Assembly: GCF_006345805.1 (NCBI RefSeq)
Contig: NC_042999.1
Coordinates: 103,292,001-103,356,000 of the forward strand
Length of the DNA: 64,000 nt
Source of the DNA: Octopus sinensis
Lineage: Eukaryota
Direction of reading: 5' to 3'
Part shown: positions 22,496 to 35,843 of the stretch, in pieces
How the letters are laid out: every line of letters starts with the position of its first letter
How positions within the stretch are numbered: the first letter of the stretch is position 1
Translations under genes and position numbers: made by a program
Notes under the pieces: model-generated
Told to the model about the DNA's origin: nothing
Seen by the model: only the letters and a program-made list of their open reading frames with translations
The model's database searches: none

Positions 22496-22639
22496 ACCTA
22501 TCCATTCTTGTTGCTTCTTTCTCGTATATATATATAATATATATATATAATATATATAGTATATGTATATATAATACGTGTACATGATGACATGTCACAA
22601 ACTGTGTGTCCTTGATATTTCTGGATAACTGTGAGAGTA

Positions 22640-23490
22640 GCTGCGTGGCTTTTTAAATGGTAGACGTCAGACAGTTACACCCAACTGTGCTTTCACTGGA
22701 GACAGCGAAAGCTCTACATCGGAACTGTACTGGGACCACGAATGCTTGTGGTGGCTCTCTCAGACATGCCCTCGGCCATACCGTCAGTCACTTTCTCCAG
22801 ATATGCTGATCATAAAAGTGTATCACAGGAGGTCAAGGACCTTGATGATATACTAAAACTGCAAAAGGACCTGATTGCAATATGCAAATGGGACGATGAA
22901 AGCAACATGCAGTCCAATGCTATGAAGTATCGGCCCACAAACTACTCCAATGGAGAACTTTCGCTGTTTGTTGCCGGAATTACTGTTTTCAGCTGTTGTC
23001 GCTGCAGAGCGTCAAACTGGTGGCGGAACATGAGGCTACCCAGCGCCACTTCACAAAGAGATTGGCTCGGTGAAACAGATGAGCTACTGGAAGAGGCTAA
23101 AGGAACTAAAGGTCTACTCCACTGAGTTAAGACGTAAAAGATATGCAATGATATACGCGTGGAAGATCCTGGAAGGTCTAACTCCCAAATTTGGAATTGG
23201 AAATTTTACCAGCCACTAAATTGGACGGCAGTGCATGACACGAAAGATCCCGCCTTCCCCATCTAGAATAAGGACCTAGTACGGTAACATCTTGGGTTTC
23301 AACAGTCCACAACTATTCAACATCCTACCAAATAACCTGAGAAATTTGTGAGGTGTTCATGTGGAAATTTTCAAAGAACGTCCAGGCAAATTTTAATCTG
23401 AGATACTAGATGAAATCTCATATCTCATTGTGGCAGGATGGACAAAGAACATTAGCAGCACCCTACTCGTCACTTCACCAAAACCAGCAC
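22640..23490 (+). mobile_element. Decayed CR1/L2-like LINE 3' fragment (RT C-terminus)
   Basis: GTVLGPRMLVVALSDMP...SRYADHK...DLDDILKLQKDLIAICKW...NMQSNAMK, plus downstream PQLFNILPNNLRNL-like segment. Confidence 0.7.
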
Positions 23491-23573
23491 AGAAAAGGAA
23501 CCCAAACGCACCGAAAAATGTTGAGAGGTAATACACACACACACACACACACATACATATCTATATATATATA

Positions 23574-23613
<40 letters not shown>

Positions 23614-24754
23614 GCTATTATGCAAAATTATCGTAAATCGAAAACGTTACTTATTCAGAAAATAAAGAAAATAGTTTCATCATTCTATAAGAAAACCATT
23701 GTACTATACTTTGATAATTTTGGGTATCTTGGCATCTGAAGCAGCTGGAGATACGACCAAATTCGACCAAAAGAACTGGCTGTTGCAAGCAAAAATTGAA
23801 AAACGCATGTGGCTGAATTTGGACATAGAACAGTTTAACGTGATACCAACACTATATGTGTGTGTGTGTGACTGTGTGTGTGTGTACGTATGTGTGTGAG
23901 TGTGTATGTGTATACAAATACACACACACACGCACATACATTTAATTTTAAAATATGTTGGTGAGTTATGACAATTTATTGAGAGAGAAATAATTTTTCT
24001 CATTCAATAATTAATGAAACACGTCGTAAACATTATATTTTTAACACAGATTCACATTTTTGTATTATTATTGCTTCTATGATTGTTAATGAAATCTCAT
24101 CTACTTTGTTTTCTTTTGAAACTGTAAATATAAAAGAAATTCCCGACTGTATTACTATATTTCTAGCTGGAAACACAAAAGTGTTACTTGCCAGACACAA
24201 TGTAATATATTGTTTAGAAACATCCTTGCCTCATTGTTTCGACCTAAAATCTGTCAAGATACTATTATAATTTAAAGGCGCGACAGAAGAATCATTTAAC
24301 TAATTGACAATAAATGATATTTAATCCAATTTTCATAACTCAACGATTCACTAATAACCAGAGATAATGCCATTGAATCGTAAAGACGTGATATAAAAAT
24401 GTGAACGCTACTGTAAAATGTTTCAAAACATCTTTTTAATTTAGTTAACGAATAACTTAACTTAGCCGGCAGACAAATTTCAGTTACTAAGTATTCTGTA
24501 ATAAAAGGGGAATAACCACAAAAGAAAAAAAATTATCAATATATAAATAAGAATGAATTAGATTAAGTTAAGAATATAACGTGGTGCCTTCTCTTTTTGC
24601 GCGAGAAAAACGTCTGGCGTCAAAGAAATTTATTGTTTAGAATTTCCATACTTTCAAAACTCCGATATAAGTATTACATTAGGATAATAGTGTTTCAAAA
24701 CTAAAAAAGAAATATTTTTATACACTATGTTGTCATATAAGTGTTTAATGGGAA

Positions 24755-25250
24755 GGCGGTGAGCTGGCAGAATCATTAGCACGCCGGGCGAAATGCGTAG
24801 TCGTATTTCGTCTGCCGTAATGTTCTGAGTTCAAATTCCGCCGAGGTTGACTCTGCCTTTCATCCTTTCGGGGTCGATATATTAAGTACCAGTTACGCAC
24901 TGGGTCGATTAATCGGCTTAATCCGTTTGTCTATCCTTGTTTTTCCTCTCTGTGTTTAGCCCTTTGCGGGGTAGTAAAGAAATAGGTATTTCGTTTGCCG
25001 CTACGTTCTGAGTTCAAATTCCGCCGAGGTCGACTTTACCTTTCATCCTTTCGGGGTCGATTAAATAAGTACTAGTTACTGTTTGTCCCCTCTGTGTTTA
25101 GTTCCTTGTGGGTAGTAAAGAAATAGGTATTTCATCTCTCTTTACGTTCTGAGTTCAAGATCTCCCGGGGTCGGCTTTACCTTTTATCCTTTCGGGGTCG
25201 ATAAATTAAGTACCACTTGCATACTAGCATCGACCTAATTGACTGACCTC
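24755..25250 (+). mobile_element. Nin-domain-like SINE, head plus tandem multimer (about 2.7 units)
   Basis: Head GGCGGTGAGCTGGCAGAATC; units restart at GTATTTC at 24803, 24986 and 25127; core GCCTTTCATCCTTTCGGGGTCGAT. Confidence 0.85.
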
Positions 25251-25329
25251 CTTCCCAAAAATTTCGAGATAGAAAAGAATATTTGTTTAATAGAGTCATC
25301 ATATGACTCGGCAAACAATAATAATAATA

Positions 25330-26550
25330 GTTGCTTCAAATTTTGGCACAAGGCCGGCAATAGGGAGCGGGGTTGTCGATTACTTATGTTCTTGGTTAGT
25401 TCTTCACTTTATCGACCACGAAAAGATGAGAGGGGAAATTGACTTCAGTGGTATTTGAACCCAGAATTTAAAGAGTTGAAATAAATGCTTCTACGTATTT
25501 CTTCCGCCGAGTAAACGATTCTGTCACTGCTTTACTATTCTTTACTTTTCAATAATAAGCATAAGGCCTGAAATTTTGGTAGGTGGAGCTAAGTCGATTA
25601 CAGTGACTCCAGTGTCCAACTGGTTTTTATTTTATAGCCCCACCCCCAAAAGGGGGGAAGGCAAAGTCGACCTCGTCGTAATTTGAACTCAGAAGGTAAA
25701 GACGAGCAGAATGCTGCTACAAATTTCGTCTGGCGTGCAAACGAGTTCGCCAGTTCACCGCTTTAATAATAATCCTTTCTACTAAGGTTACAAGTCTTGA
25801 AATTTGGGGGCAGGAGACTAGTCGATTACATCGATACCAGTGTTTCACTGATAATTAATTTATCGAGCCTGAAAGGATGAAATGCTAAGTGAAGACGGAC
25901 GAGATACCTATTTCTTTACTACCCACAAGGGGCTAAACACAGAGAGGACAAACAAAGACAGACAAACGGATTAAGTCGATTATATCGACCCCAGTGCGTA
26001 ACTGGTACTTATTTAATCGACCCCGAAAGGATGAAAGGCAAAATCGACCTCGGCGGAATTTGAACTCAGAACGTAACGGCAGACGAAATACTGCTAAGCA
26101 TTTCGCCCGGCGTGCTAACGTTTCTACCAGTTCGCCGCTTTAATATTAATAATAATAAGAAGAAAGAGGATTTCTAACAAGCATTATCGCTCTTCTTTAT
26201 ATTTATTATTATGTTTCTCTTGTATTTTTGTTTCATCAAATTCTGTTTCTGTTTATTTTCTTCCTATTATTTCTTCGTCTTACATTTTCATTACTCAATC
26301 AGTTTTATTTTTAGCATTATAGGTGAACATCTTGACAACGTTCCACTATTTAAAACAATATATAATAATTCTTTAAATATTGGTTTCAAATTTTGGCAGA
26401 AGTCCAGTGCTCAGCTGCAACTTATTTTATCGACACCGAAATGATGAAAGGAAAAGTCAACTTCGGTAGAATTTCAACTCAGTACGGTAAGACGGACAAA
26501 TTCCTGCTAAGCATTTTGACCGGCTTGCTAAGGATTCTGCCAACTCGCTG
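25330..26550 (-). mobile_element. Cluster of several Nin-domain-like SINE copies
   Basis: Repeated TTTATCGACCCCGAAAGGATGAAAGGCAAAGTCGACC variants at ~25400, ~25660, ~25860, ~26015 and ~26430. Confidence 0.8.
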
Positions 26551-26594
26551 CCTCATAACTGTTTAAATATTAGAATCTCAGCACCCATTAATAA

Positions 26595-26915
26595 ATTGGG
26601 ATCTGAGTTGCTCAAACACTCTGCATACAGTCTAGTTGTCGCACCTTCTGGCTGTTATCTTTTTGGACCGCTAAAACAACCTCTACACGGTCGTCGATTT
26701 GTTATGGACTAAGAAGCGGGGAAAGTGGTGTATAAATGGCTGAGCAACCAGTAAAAAATCTACAAAAAGCTTCTTCTCAAAACTTGTGGGCTGCTGGAAG
26801 AAGTGCATCGAAAAGTAAGGAGATTAGGTCCCAAAGTTATGTAATTGTCCGCGTCTGCTTTTGTTTTGCTAAATTACACGAACAAGTGTGCGTACAATTT
26901 TTGACTTACTCTCCT
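26595..26915 (+). pseudogene. Mariner transposase C-terminal remnant plus element end
   Basis: Degenerate HSAYSLVVAPSGCYLFGPLKQPLHGRRF...VYKWL...WKKCIE, corresponding to mariner HPPYSPDLAPSDYxLF...KCIE..GDYV. Confidence 0.65.
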
Positions 26916-26934
26916 ATTTATGTATGCTCCTCCT

Positions 26935-27256
26935 TAAAGATTCCGCCGGTTACGACGACGAGGGTCCCAGCTGATACGATCAACGGAACAGCTTGCTCGT
27001 GAAATTAACGTGCAAATGGCTGAGCATTCCACAGACACGTGTACCCTTAACGTAGTTCTCGGGGATAATCAGCGTGACACAGAGAGTGACAAGGCTGACC
27101 CTTTGAAATACAAGTACAACTCATTTTTGCCAGCTGAGTGGACTGGAGCAACGTGAAATAAAGTGTCTTGCTCAAGGACACAACGCGTCGCCGGGAATCG
27201 AACTCACAACCTTACGATCATGAGCCGAATGCCCTAACCACTAAGCCACGCGCCCT
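26935..27256 (-). mobile_element. Full-length tRNA-derived SINE
   Basis: Minus strand: GGCGCGTGGCTTAGTGGTTAGGG...GTGAGTTCGATTCCC, then GTGTCCTTGAGCAAGACACTT core and body. Confidence 0.85.
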
Positions 27257-27321
27257 CACTTTATGTATGCTAACATACATGCATACACCATGTTTGTATG
27301 TATAACTACATACATATATAC

Positions 27322-27357
<36 letters not shown>

Positions 27358-27788
27358 TTATGTATGTATGTAGTATATATATATATACACGCACATGTAT
27401 ATGTTGTGTGTATGTTTGTATGCGTATATGCCTGTATCTTTTTTGTATGTGCGTGTGTGGGTGTGGATGTGGATGTGTGTATGCATGGAGATAACATTGA
27501 CGAAAATTTTTATCATTACGTCTTATTTCCTTTGTGTATCTTTTGCTTCCCATAGATAGAAGCCAGAAAATGGCTTGGAATTTACTGAATACCATGCAAC
27601 ATATATATATATATTCATTTCTTGAATTGTTGCATTGCAGAAAATAAATCTATATAACTTCATTATGTATTGTATATCACTGATTTACATACCATATGCA
27701 TGACAAACAGTTGTATATTTTGCATGCCGAATGTTGCACTTCTTGGATTAGAGGAAATGAGATTGATCTTCCAATAAATTATTATATG

Positions 27789-27842
<54 letters not shown>

Positions 27843-29254
27843 TATATATTATATATTATTTATTATTTATATATATGTATATATAATTTTTACAAAGTTT
27901 ATTATTATATGTCTTATATAGCATTGAATTTCTTCTTCATTTATAAGTACGTGTAGAATCATTAAATTGGAGATGGTACATTTTTAAGACTTCAATTGTT
28001 GTTAATGGAAATGGATAGGGATAGAACATTAAAACCAACATTCTAAAAATGTCTTATCTGTATACATAGAATAAAGAAATTTTGTTTTGTGCTAAAGTAA
28101 CACGTAGATTTTAGTCTTTGACATTATTATAGATGCTTCTGTATGTGCACAAATCCACTCTTAGTAACCCTGCAACGGAATTTTTTTGGTTTTGATTTGT
28201 TTCCATCTGAACATATGTGACATTGTGCCAAACAAGCATCACCACTTTTACTTAAATGCACATGTTATTAACGTCCGGCCCACAGGTCAGCGATGATCAG
28301 TCACCTATATCCATAATGGGAGTAATTTTAGTGATGGCTATATGGTCTTTATTTTAAGTATGATATGGTGAGGATTACCTAATCTAATGGGTCATAATCT
28401 TTTTAAAATAGTTTGACATAAAAAATGATTTGTGAGATTAAAATATGTAAGGTATTTTAAACTACACTAAGTGCAAACTTTATATGATATAGAACTCAAT
28501 ACACTGGGTAGAGTAGATAAAAATGTTCATTATATCAAACACTGACAGTCTATGATGAGTTTCACCCCAGATTTGGGTGTTCAGGACTATAATGATCAGT
28601 CCTATTAGAGGCTACTTTTGATGTACACACACACAATAGATTACGTGGTTCTGTGTGGATTACATGGTTATTTTTCCTTCCGTAGTGTGTCGTGTAATAA
28701 ATGTGAAGTTGCTGTAAATGAAACTATGTATCTAAAAGATATCTAAAGGATAAGCATTTCATTGGGTATGTGCATGCCAGTCAAGAGGTTTCGAAATTGG
28801 ACGGGAAATGAGATCTAATTAAAAACTTCCATGAAATAATCCTTTCTACTATAGCCAAAAGGCCTGAAGTTTTGGAGGATGAGATGAGTGAATTACGTTT
28901 ACCCCATTGATCAACTGGTACTTATTTCATCAACCTCGAAAGAATGAAGGTAAAATCGACTGCGCATGATATATAAGGTATGACAAAGAGCTGTCAAAGT
29001 ATGCAATTCTGATAAATTATTAGGGATGGTGGAGACTCCATCAGAAAGCGGTCCCCCAGAATTGTTCATGTAAGAAACAGTCAAAACCTTTGTTATGGAC
29101 TAAATTTGTCTCCGAAATATTATTTTAAAATTTGTGTCTATGTTTGAATCTACACTAAAATATTTCCAGGGTAATACTGCTGCGCAAGAAAGTTCTTTGT
29201 GCAGTCGGAGTTAATGTTTTTTCTCGGAAAAAATGAATAAGTACAATGTATATG

Positions 29255-29460
29255 GGGGTGTTGCACTCATGATCGTAAGATTGTGGTTTCAATTCCTGGA
29301 CCTCACGATGCACTGTGTTCTGGAGCACACATTTGAACACTTGATTTAACGTTGCTCCAGTGAACTCAGCTTGCCAAATCGTCCGATAGTTGGCATCCCA
29401 TCCAGCTGGAGGAATATATAGGCCACAGAATCCGGGAAACTGGCCTTAAGAAACCCATGA
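29255..29460 (+). mobile_element. Decayed tRNA-derived SINE (related to 8207 and 26935 family)
   Basis: CTCATGATCGTAAGATTGTGGTTTC and GTTGCTCCAGTGAACTCAGCT are shared. Confidence 0.65.
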
Positions 29461-29503
29461 CATCAATTATTTTGATACACACACATTACAAATATGTATA
29501 TAA

Positions 29504-29538
<35 letters not shown>

Positions 29539-29710
29539 TATATATTTGTATGTATGTATATATATTATATGTAATATATGTATGTATATATATATAATAT
29601 ATTTGTATGTATGTATATATTATATGTATGTATTATAATATATATATGTATATATGTATATATATGTATATATAATATATATATATTATATATTTGTATG
29701 TATTTATGTA

Positions 29711-29741
<31 letters not shown>

Positions 29742-29765
29742 TATATATATATGTTTATATATATA

Positions 29766-29805
<40 letters not shown>

Positions 29806-29812
29806 ATGTATT

Positions 29813-29851
<39 letters not shown>

Positions 29852-30330
29852 GAGGGGAACAAAAGTTCTGAAGACATCATCCTTAATGGTTCATCCGACT
29901 TAGCTTTGTTTATATATCTAAATATTTATGGCGTTTTGATTTTCTACTTTGAATTACATTATTAAGTAAGAGATCATCTGATTTGTAGTTAAAGAGATCT
30001 TAATAATCATTGTTGATTTTCAGGTAATTAATTAAAATAGTTGGTCGGAAGATGAAACATTTTCTGAATTTCTAATGGACCTAAAAGTGCTTAACGTTCA
30101 AACCCAATTAGATGCTAAAGTGTTATGCCAGCAATTTCTGCTTCACATCGTCTTTGCAATTTAATTTGCTGTCATGCCAACTTCCAGCCGACTTGAAATG
30201 AAACATTACGTGTATACACACACAAACACTCACATCTCTCTCTCTCTTTCTCTCTCTCTCGCTCCTCTCTCCTCTCTATCTATCTATATATATATATATA
30301 TATAAATATATTATATATATATATATATAG

Positions 30331-30361
<31 letters not shown>

Positions 30362-30428
30362 TATATATATATATATATATGCTGTAGATAGATAGATAGA
30401 TAAATAGAAGATAGATAGATGATAGATA

Positions 30429-30465
<37 letters not shown>

Positions 30466-31114
30466 CAAACCGACACATAAAGATAGAAACTAAAGCAACA
30501 ACTTTATGCTGTCACGTACAGTCTTTGCCTTCTGTTCTGTGCCACTACCAAGCAATTAGAAATGAATTTTTCGTCAAACTTAATATTTACAAGAAAGTGA
30601 ATCATGTAAATTTAATTTTATAGTATACTGCATTCGAGAATAAGATTATATTCGGAGGTGCCACATTTCTAGTTGAGTATTCTGTCTATGATATGCAGAG
30701 TTTGTCGGGACGTATTAGGAGTGGAACCTTGTTTTATTGCAAGTTTTACTCTTCTGGCTGTTTCAAACGGGTGAAACAGAGAAGCAGCGGGACGATATAT
30801 AAGTAAAACATTTCTTGAACTTTATAATGTATTGACTATGCCCTGAAAGGTGGTCATATAAGTAAAAGCTACATTTCAACATTTAGTTGGGTACCAACAA
30901 TAAAACTTCAATAACAGTCACCACATTTGTATTTTATGTGTATTCTATGGATACGATGCTGAGGACATAAAATGCCGTGTGTTCTGCACGGGAAAATTAA
31001 AAAATGTCATTCTATGTTGGCGGATTAATAATTGTTTAACCCTTATCAACTGAAAATCACGAAATCAATGCCAAATCGCTACACATACTGAGGAGGCTGG
31101 GTAATCATTCTTGG

Positions 31115-31214
31115 NNNNNNNNNNNNNNNNNNNNNNNNNNNNNNNNNNNNNNNNNNNNNNNNNNNNNNNNNNNNNNNNNNNNNNNNNNNNNNNNNNNNNN
31201 NNNNNNNNNNNNNN
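31115..31214. other. Assembly gap (100 N)
   Basis: Run of N. Confidence 1.
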
Positions 31215-31424
31215 GAGAGAGAGCAGTGTGATGGCTGCTCAACACAGCTTTGGTGAATAATATTCTTTAGTGCCAGTGAACAAGGCTACCAATAAATTCA
31301 TGTACAGTGAAATCTCTGAAAACTATCATGACTATCACGTCTGTCGTATGAGAATGTTGGTACTCATCTCCTTCTTGGATATACATGCATACTTGCATAT
31401 ATGTGTGTGTGTGTACATGTATAT

Positions 31425-31455
<31 letters not shown>

Positions 31456-32164
31456 TAATATATCAAAAGGATGTGTTATAATACTATTTCACAGCCATAC
31501 CAAAAATCCAACATACCTCCTTCATCAGCTGCCCCAGGGATATCATTACAGTTTCGACACCTGGGCTGTACTATTCAATCCGGCGGTGTTAACTGCGCTA
31601 AAATAAGTGTTGATTGGGAACAAACAAACCAAAGAAACTACAACTTTGAAACAAATTTACCCTATGTTCAATCGTATCGATAAATAAATTCAATAAGTAA
31701 ATTACAACCACTCCTAAATACGTAACTAAACAGCGACAACTCTATTAAGTCATACAAAGATTATAATCCCTACCGTCTTCCGTAGTGTAATATAAAGTAA
31801 TAATTAATAACTACAATTATTTCAATCAATCAATATATAGACAAGATTAAACACTAACTTTAATAAAACTACAACAAAGGGACATATAAACGAATGTACA
31901 TTGTATCGGTATCAATAGTAAACCGCAATAACTAAATTATATGCCAAATTGCGATCAATCTTTAAGTCCATATAAATAATAATCCCACCGGTTTTCCATA
32001 GATAATGAAAGTTCAACCCTTATACAATTTTTTTCCAAAATAAAACACGATTGAGATTAATTTGACTAATATTTTTATGAGTGAAATACATTATCTCATC
32101 ATTCAAAAGTTAAAAATAAAACACTACATACTCATTAATAGATCACCACTACAAGTTATAATAT

Positions 32165-32898
32165 TGTTTTCTACTCTAGCACAAGGCCCGAAATTTTGGG
32201 GGAGAGGGCCAGTGGATTGGATCGACCCCAGTACGCAACTGGTACTTAATTTATCGAACCCGAAAAGATGAAAGGCAAAGTCGACCTCAGTGGAATTTGA
32301 ACTCACAACTTAAAGACAGACGAAATACTGCTAAGCATTTCGACAGGCGTGTTTTTTTATTTCTTTACTGCCGACAAGGAGCTATACAAAGAAAGGACAA
32401 ACTAGGAAAACCAAATGGATTAAGTCGATTATATCGACCTCAGTGCGTAACTGGTACTTATTTAATCGACCACGAAAGGATGAAAGGCAAAGTAGACCTC
32501 GGCGCAATTTGAATACAACGTAGTGGCAGACGAAATACCTATTTCTTTACTACCCACAAGGAGCTAAACACAGAGGGGACAAACAAGGACAGAGAAATGG
32601 ATTAAGTCGATTACACTGACCCCAGTGCGTAACTGGTACTTAAATTATCGGCAGACGAAATACCTATTTCTTTGTTACCCACAAGGGGCTAAACATAGAG
32701 TGGACAAACAAGGACAGACATAGGTATTAAGTCGATTACATCGATTCCAGTACGTAACTGGTACTTAATTTATCGACCCCGAAAGGATGACAGGCAAAGT
32801 CGACTTCGGCGGAATTTGGATTCACAACGTAACGGCAGACGAAATACCGCTAAGCATTTCGCCCGGCGTGGTAAGGTTTCTGCCAGCTCGCCGCCTTA
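32165..32898 (-). mobile_element. Nin-domain-like SINE multimer array
   Basis: Several units with the junction GCAGACGAAATACC-TATTTCTTT at ~32527 and ~32651; head end at ~32898. Confidence 0.85.
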
Positions 32899-33300
32899 CT
32901 ACAAGTTATAATATTAAATTTCCAGTGACTAATATTAACTTAAATTTCATTAAATAGTAACTGATAAAAGTATTTGTAATTTACTATTATTATAAACCTT
33001 GCTATGTTCAAAGCTAATTAAACTGTTTAAAAGATAATAAAACTACAAGTATTAACACTTACATGTTTAATCAGAATTTAAAGGGCCAACTAAATATTGA
33101 TGACGTTATGCGTAATTGCGACCTTCTCAACTGTCTCAATATTGGTGACGTACTAAGCCAATAACTCGAATCATAAACCTTCAACTACTTACAAATTTGG
33201 TTAGCTGAAGACTAGATATTACCCAACATTCATTTAAAATTTCAAGATTCCCACCAAAACAGCGATGAAAAGTTTTAATCAACTTTCCACTTTTATACCC

Positions 33301-33367
<67 letters not shown>

Positions 33368-33397
33368 TATAAGTTGAACGACTTGTTAAATTTCCTT

Positions 33398-33484
33398 TAT
33401 TTTCAACATATGTTTCGAAGGCTGCATATTCCTAATTCCGAAGGAATAAGGAGTACATTATGCAGATTTCTTATCAGGATATTT
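33398..33484 (-). ncRNA. Decayed hammerhead-like motif with long stem II
   Basis: Minus strand: CTGATAA-gaa..ctgcata...attccttcggaat...tatgcag..ttc-GAAA-catatg-TT. Core G8->A; weak stem I. Confidence 0.35.
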
Positions 33485-33570
33485 TACACTTATTCTGATG
33501 TGAATTTGCTACCCAGGTATCGGTTATTTTTCGAATTATCCTTAATAAGATAATTCATTTAACTACTCAA

Positions 33571-33614
<44 letters not shown>

Positions 33615-33675
33615 GTGTAAATATATACCGTCCTGATAGAGTATAATGGCAAAGTAGTTTCAGAGAAGCACTCAC

Positions 33676-33742
33676 CCCGAGTTCCGGTCTATCAAAATTG
33701 ACGGATTCCAGACTAATACCGAAATTGTTCAGGTGCTGATGT
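33676..33742 (-). CDS. Candidate isolated 67-nt internal exon (xHQHLNNFGISLESVNFDRPELG), protein not recognised
   Basis: Minus strand: pyrimidine tract TATTTTCGGTTTTAG acceptor, one open frame, consensus donor GGG|GTGAGT. Confidence 0.25.
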
Positions 33743-33922
33743 CTAAAACCGAAAATATTACGTAAATTTTGAATATTGCGTAAATTGGCGTTGTAAACAA
33801 AGTTGATACATAAACAGTTGTAAATTATCATTAAATATGTGTTAAAAGTATTTCTTTGTCCTATTATTTAGATTATATACATACATAGGTACATACATAC
33901 ATATATATATATATATAATATA

Positions 33923-33955
<33 letters not shown>

Positions 33956-33969
33956 CATACGTACATACG

Positions 33970-34035
<66 letters not shown>

Positions 34036-34598
34036 TATGTTGTCCGTGAGCCTATGGGTGCATGTACCCGCATGTGGGTGCATGTGTCTGTGTGAATCTA
34101 TATTTTTCTAACTAAAAGTATGTGTGTGTTTAGATATATTGGAACATAGAAATTTACCTTTTGGCATCTATGCAGCTTTTTTAAGGTCATGACCTTCTCA
34201 TACCTTACATGCTGATGGATTTGAATTTATAACCATTTCCCAATTTCCATTGGTTTCAATTGATGTGTTAAATCACTAAATATTTTGCAACCCTTTCTTT
34301 TCCGTAATCTCTTCCTTCCCACGACATCCCTCCTATTCCCTTTTATGACATGCTTTTTTACTTTCTCTCACATCCTTTGTCTCTTAGGTGTATTTATATA
34401 TTTTACACTTATTCTGTTACTTTTCTTAAATATTTTTTAATTTCTTATACTCATTTTTATGGTTCTCTAGTTCAGGATTTCTTTCTTTAATTACAATTGT
34501 GTCGTTTTTTCTCTCATTTCTTCTCTCTCTTCACTTTCTCATCCTCTACTATATTTTGTCGACACCATTCTCCCTATCTCTTGTTTTTTGCTACACTT

Positions 34599-34631
<33 letters not shown>

Positions 34632-34749
34632 GTCTATGCCCTTTGCTTTCTTTCTAATTCTCTTTGAAAACACTTACAAAATGTCTGAACATCTATCCAA
34701 ATTCAGATGTTAGTTATCGGTAACATAAAGTAATAAAGTGTGACACCAT

Positions 34750-34967
34750 GAACCCGGAACCAAATGGTTCCGGGTTCATTCCCACTGCGCGGCACCTTGG
34801 CAAGTGGCTTCTATTATAGCTTCGGGCCGACCAAAGTCTTGAGAGTGGATTTGGTAGACGGAAACTGAAAGAAGCCCGTCGTATATATGTATATATCATA
34901 TATATAATATATATATATATATATATAATTATGTGTGTGTGTGTGTGTGGTGTGTGTGTGTGTGTGT

Positions 34968-35019
<52 letters not shown>

Positions 35020-35260
35020 TGTGTGTGTGTGTGTTGTGTGTGTGTGGATGTTTCTTTGTCTGTGTTTGTCCCCCCAACATCGCTTGACAACTGATGTGGT
35101 GGTGTGTTTACGTCCCTGTACCGAACGGTTCGGCAAAAGAGAACGATAGAGCAAGTACTAGGCTTCCAAAAATAACTCCTGGGGTCGATTTGCTCGACTA
35201 ACGGCGGTGCTCCAGCATGGCCGCAGTCAAATGACTGAAACAAGTAAAAGAATAAAAGAG
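34750..35260 (+). mobile_element. SINE with internal TA/GT microsatellite
   Basis: GGTTCCGGGTTCA...GGCACCTTGGCAAGTG...GGAAACTGAAAGAAGCCCGTCG, internal microsatellite, and 3' end GCGGTGCTCCAGCATGGCCGCAGTCAAATGACTGAAAC. Confidence 0.85.
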
Positions 35261-35397
35261 TATATATCTGTCTATCTATCTATCTAGCTAGCTAGCTAGC
35301 TATCTGCTCTCTGTCTGCCTCTGCCTGTCTGTCTGGAAATCTCTAGGCCACTGGTTGTAAGAATTTCTAAAATCTCTATTACCCTGATATTATTAAT

Positions 35398-35449
<52 letters not shown>

Positions 35450-35479
35450 CATATATATATGAGTGTGTGTGAGAGTGTG

Positions 35480-35533
<54 letters not shown>

Positions 35534-35540
35534 TGTGTGT

Positions 35541-35843
35541 GGTCGAGGCATATGGCCTAGTGGTTAGAGCAGCGGACTCGTGGTCGAGGTATTGCGGGTT
35601 CGAATCTCAGCTGGGCAATGTGTGTGTTTATGTGCGAAACACCTAAGCCCCACGCGGCTCCGGCAGAAGGGAATGGCGAACTTCTGCTGACTCTTTCGCC
35701 ACAACTTTCTCTCACTCTTTCCTTCTGCATCTTGCTGCTCATCTGCGACGGACCGTCATCCCGCCCAGGTGGGGAACCTATACGCCAAGGAAACTGAGAA
35801 ACCGACCCTTATGATCCAGACATGGCTCGAGAAGGAACAAACA
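35541..35843 (+). mobile_element. Full-length tRNA-derived SINE
   Basis: TGGCCTAGTGGTTAGAGC (A box) and GGGTTCGAATCTC (B box); homologous to 20800-21048. Confidence 0.85.

Larger units (their letters stand above)
22068..22524. mobile_element. Second hammerhead-bearing element, near-perfect palindrome
   Basis: 22068-22190 is the reverse complement of 16735-16855. Arms ~22190-22345 and ~22364-22524 are inverted around a short loop. (TA)n on both sides. Confidence 0.8.

Noticed and set aside
15949-22524. Canonical retrozyme (direct tandem hammerheads releasing a circularisable monomer)
   Set aside because: Within each element the hammerheads are inverted. Same-strand copies lie about 6 kb apart in separate insertions.
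24755-26550. CRISPR-like array
   Set aside because: The repeats are long diverged SINE units without unique spacers, the context is eukaryotic and there are no cas genes.
31485-31530. CTGATGA...GAAA on the minus strand
   Set aside because: No convincing stem I, II or III pairing.
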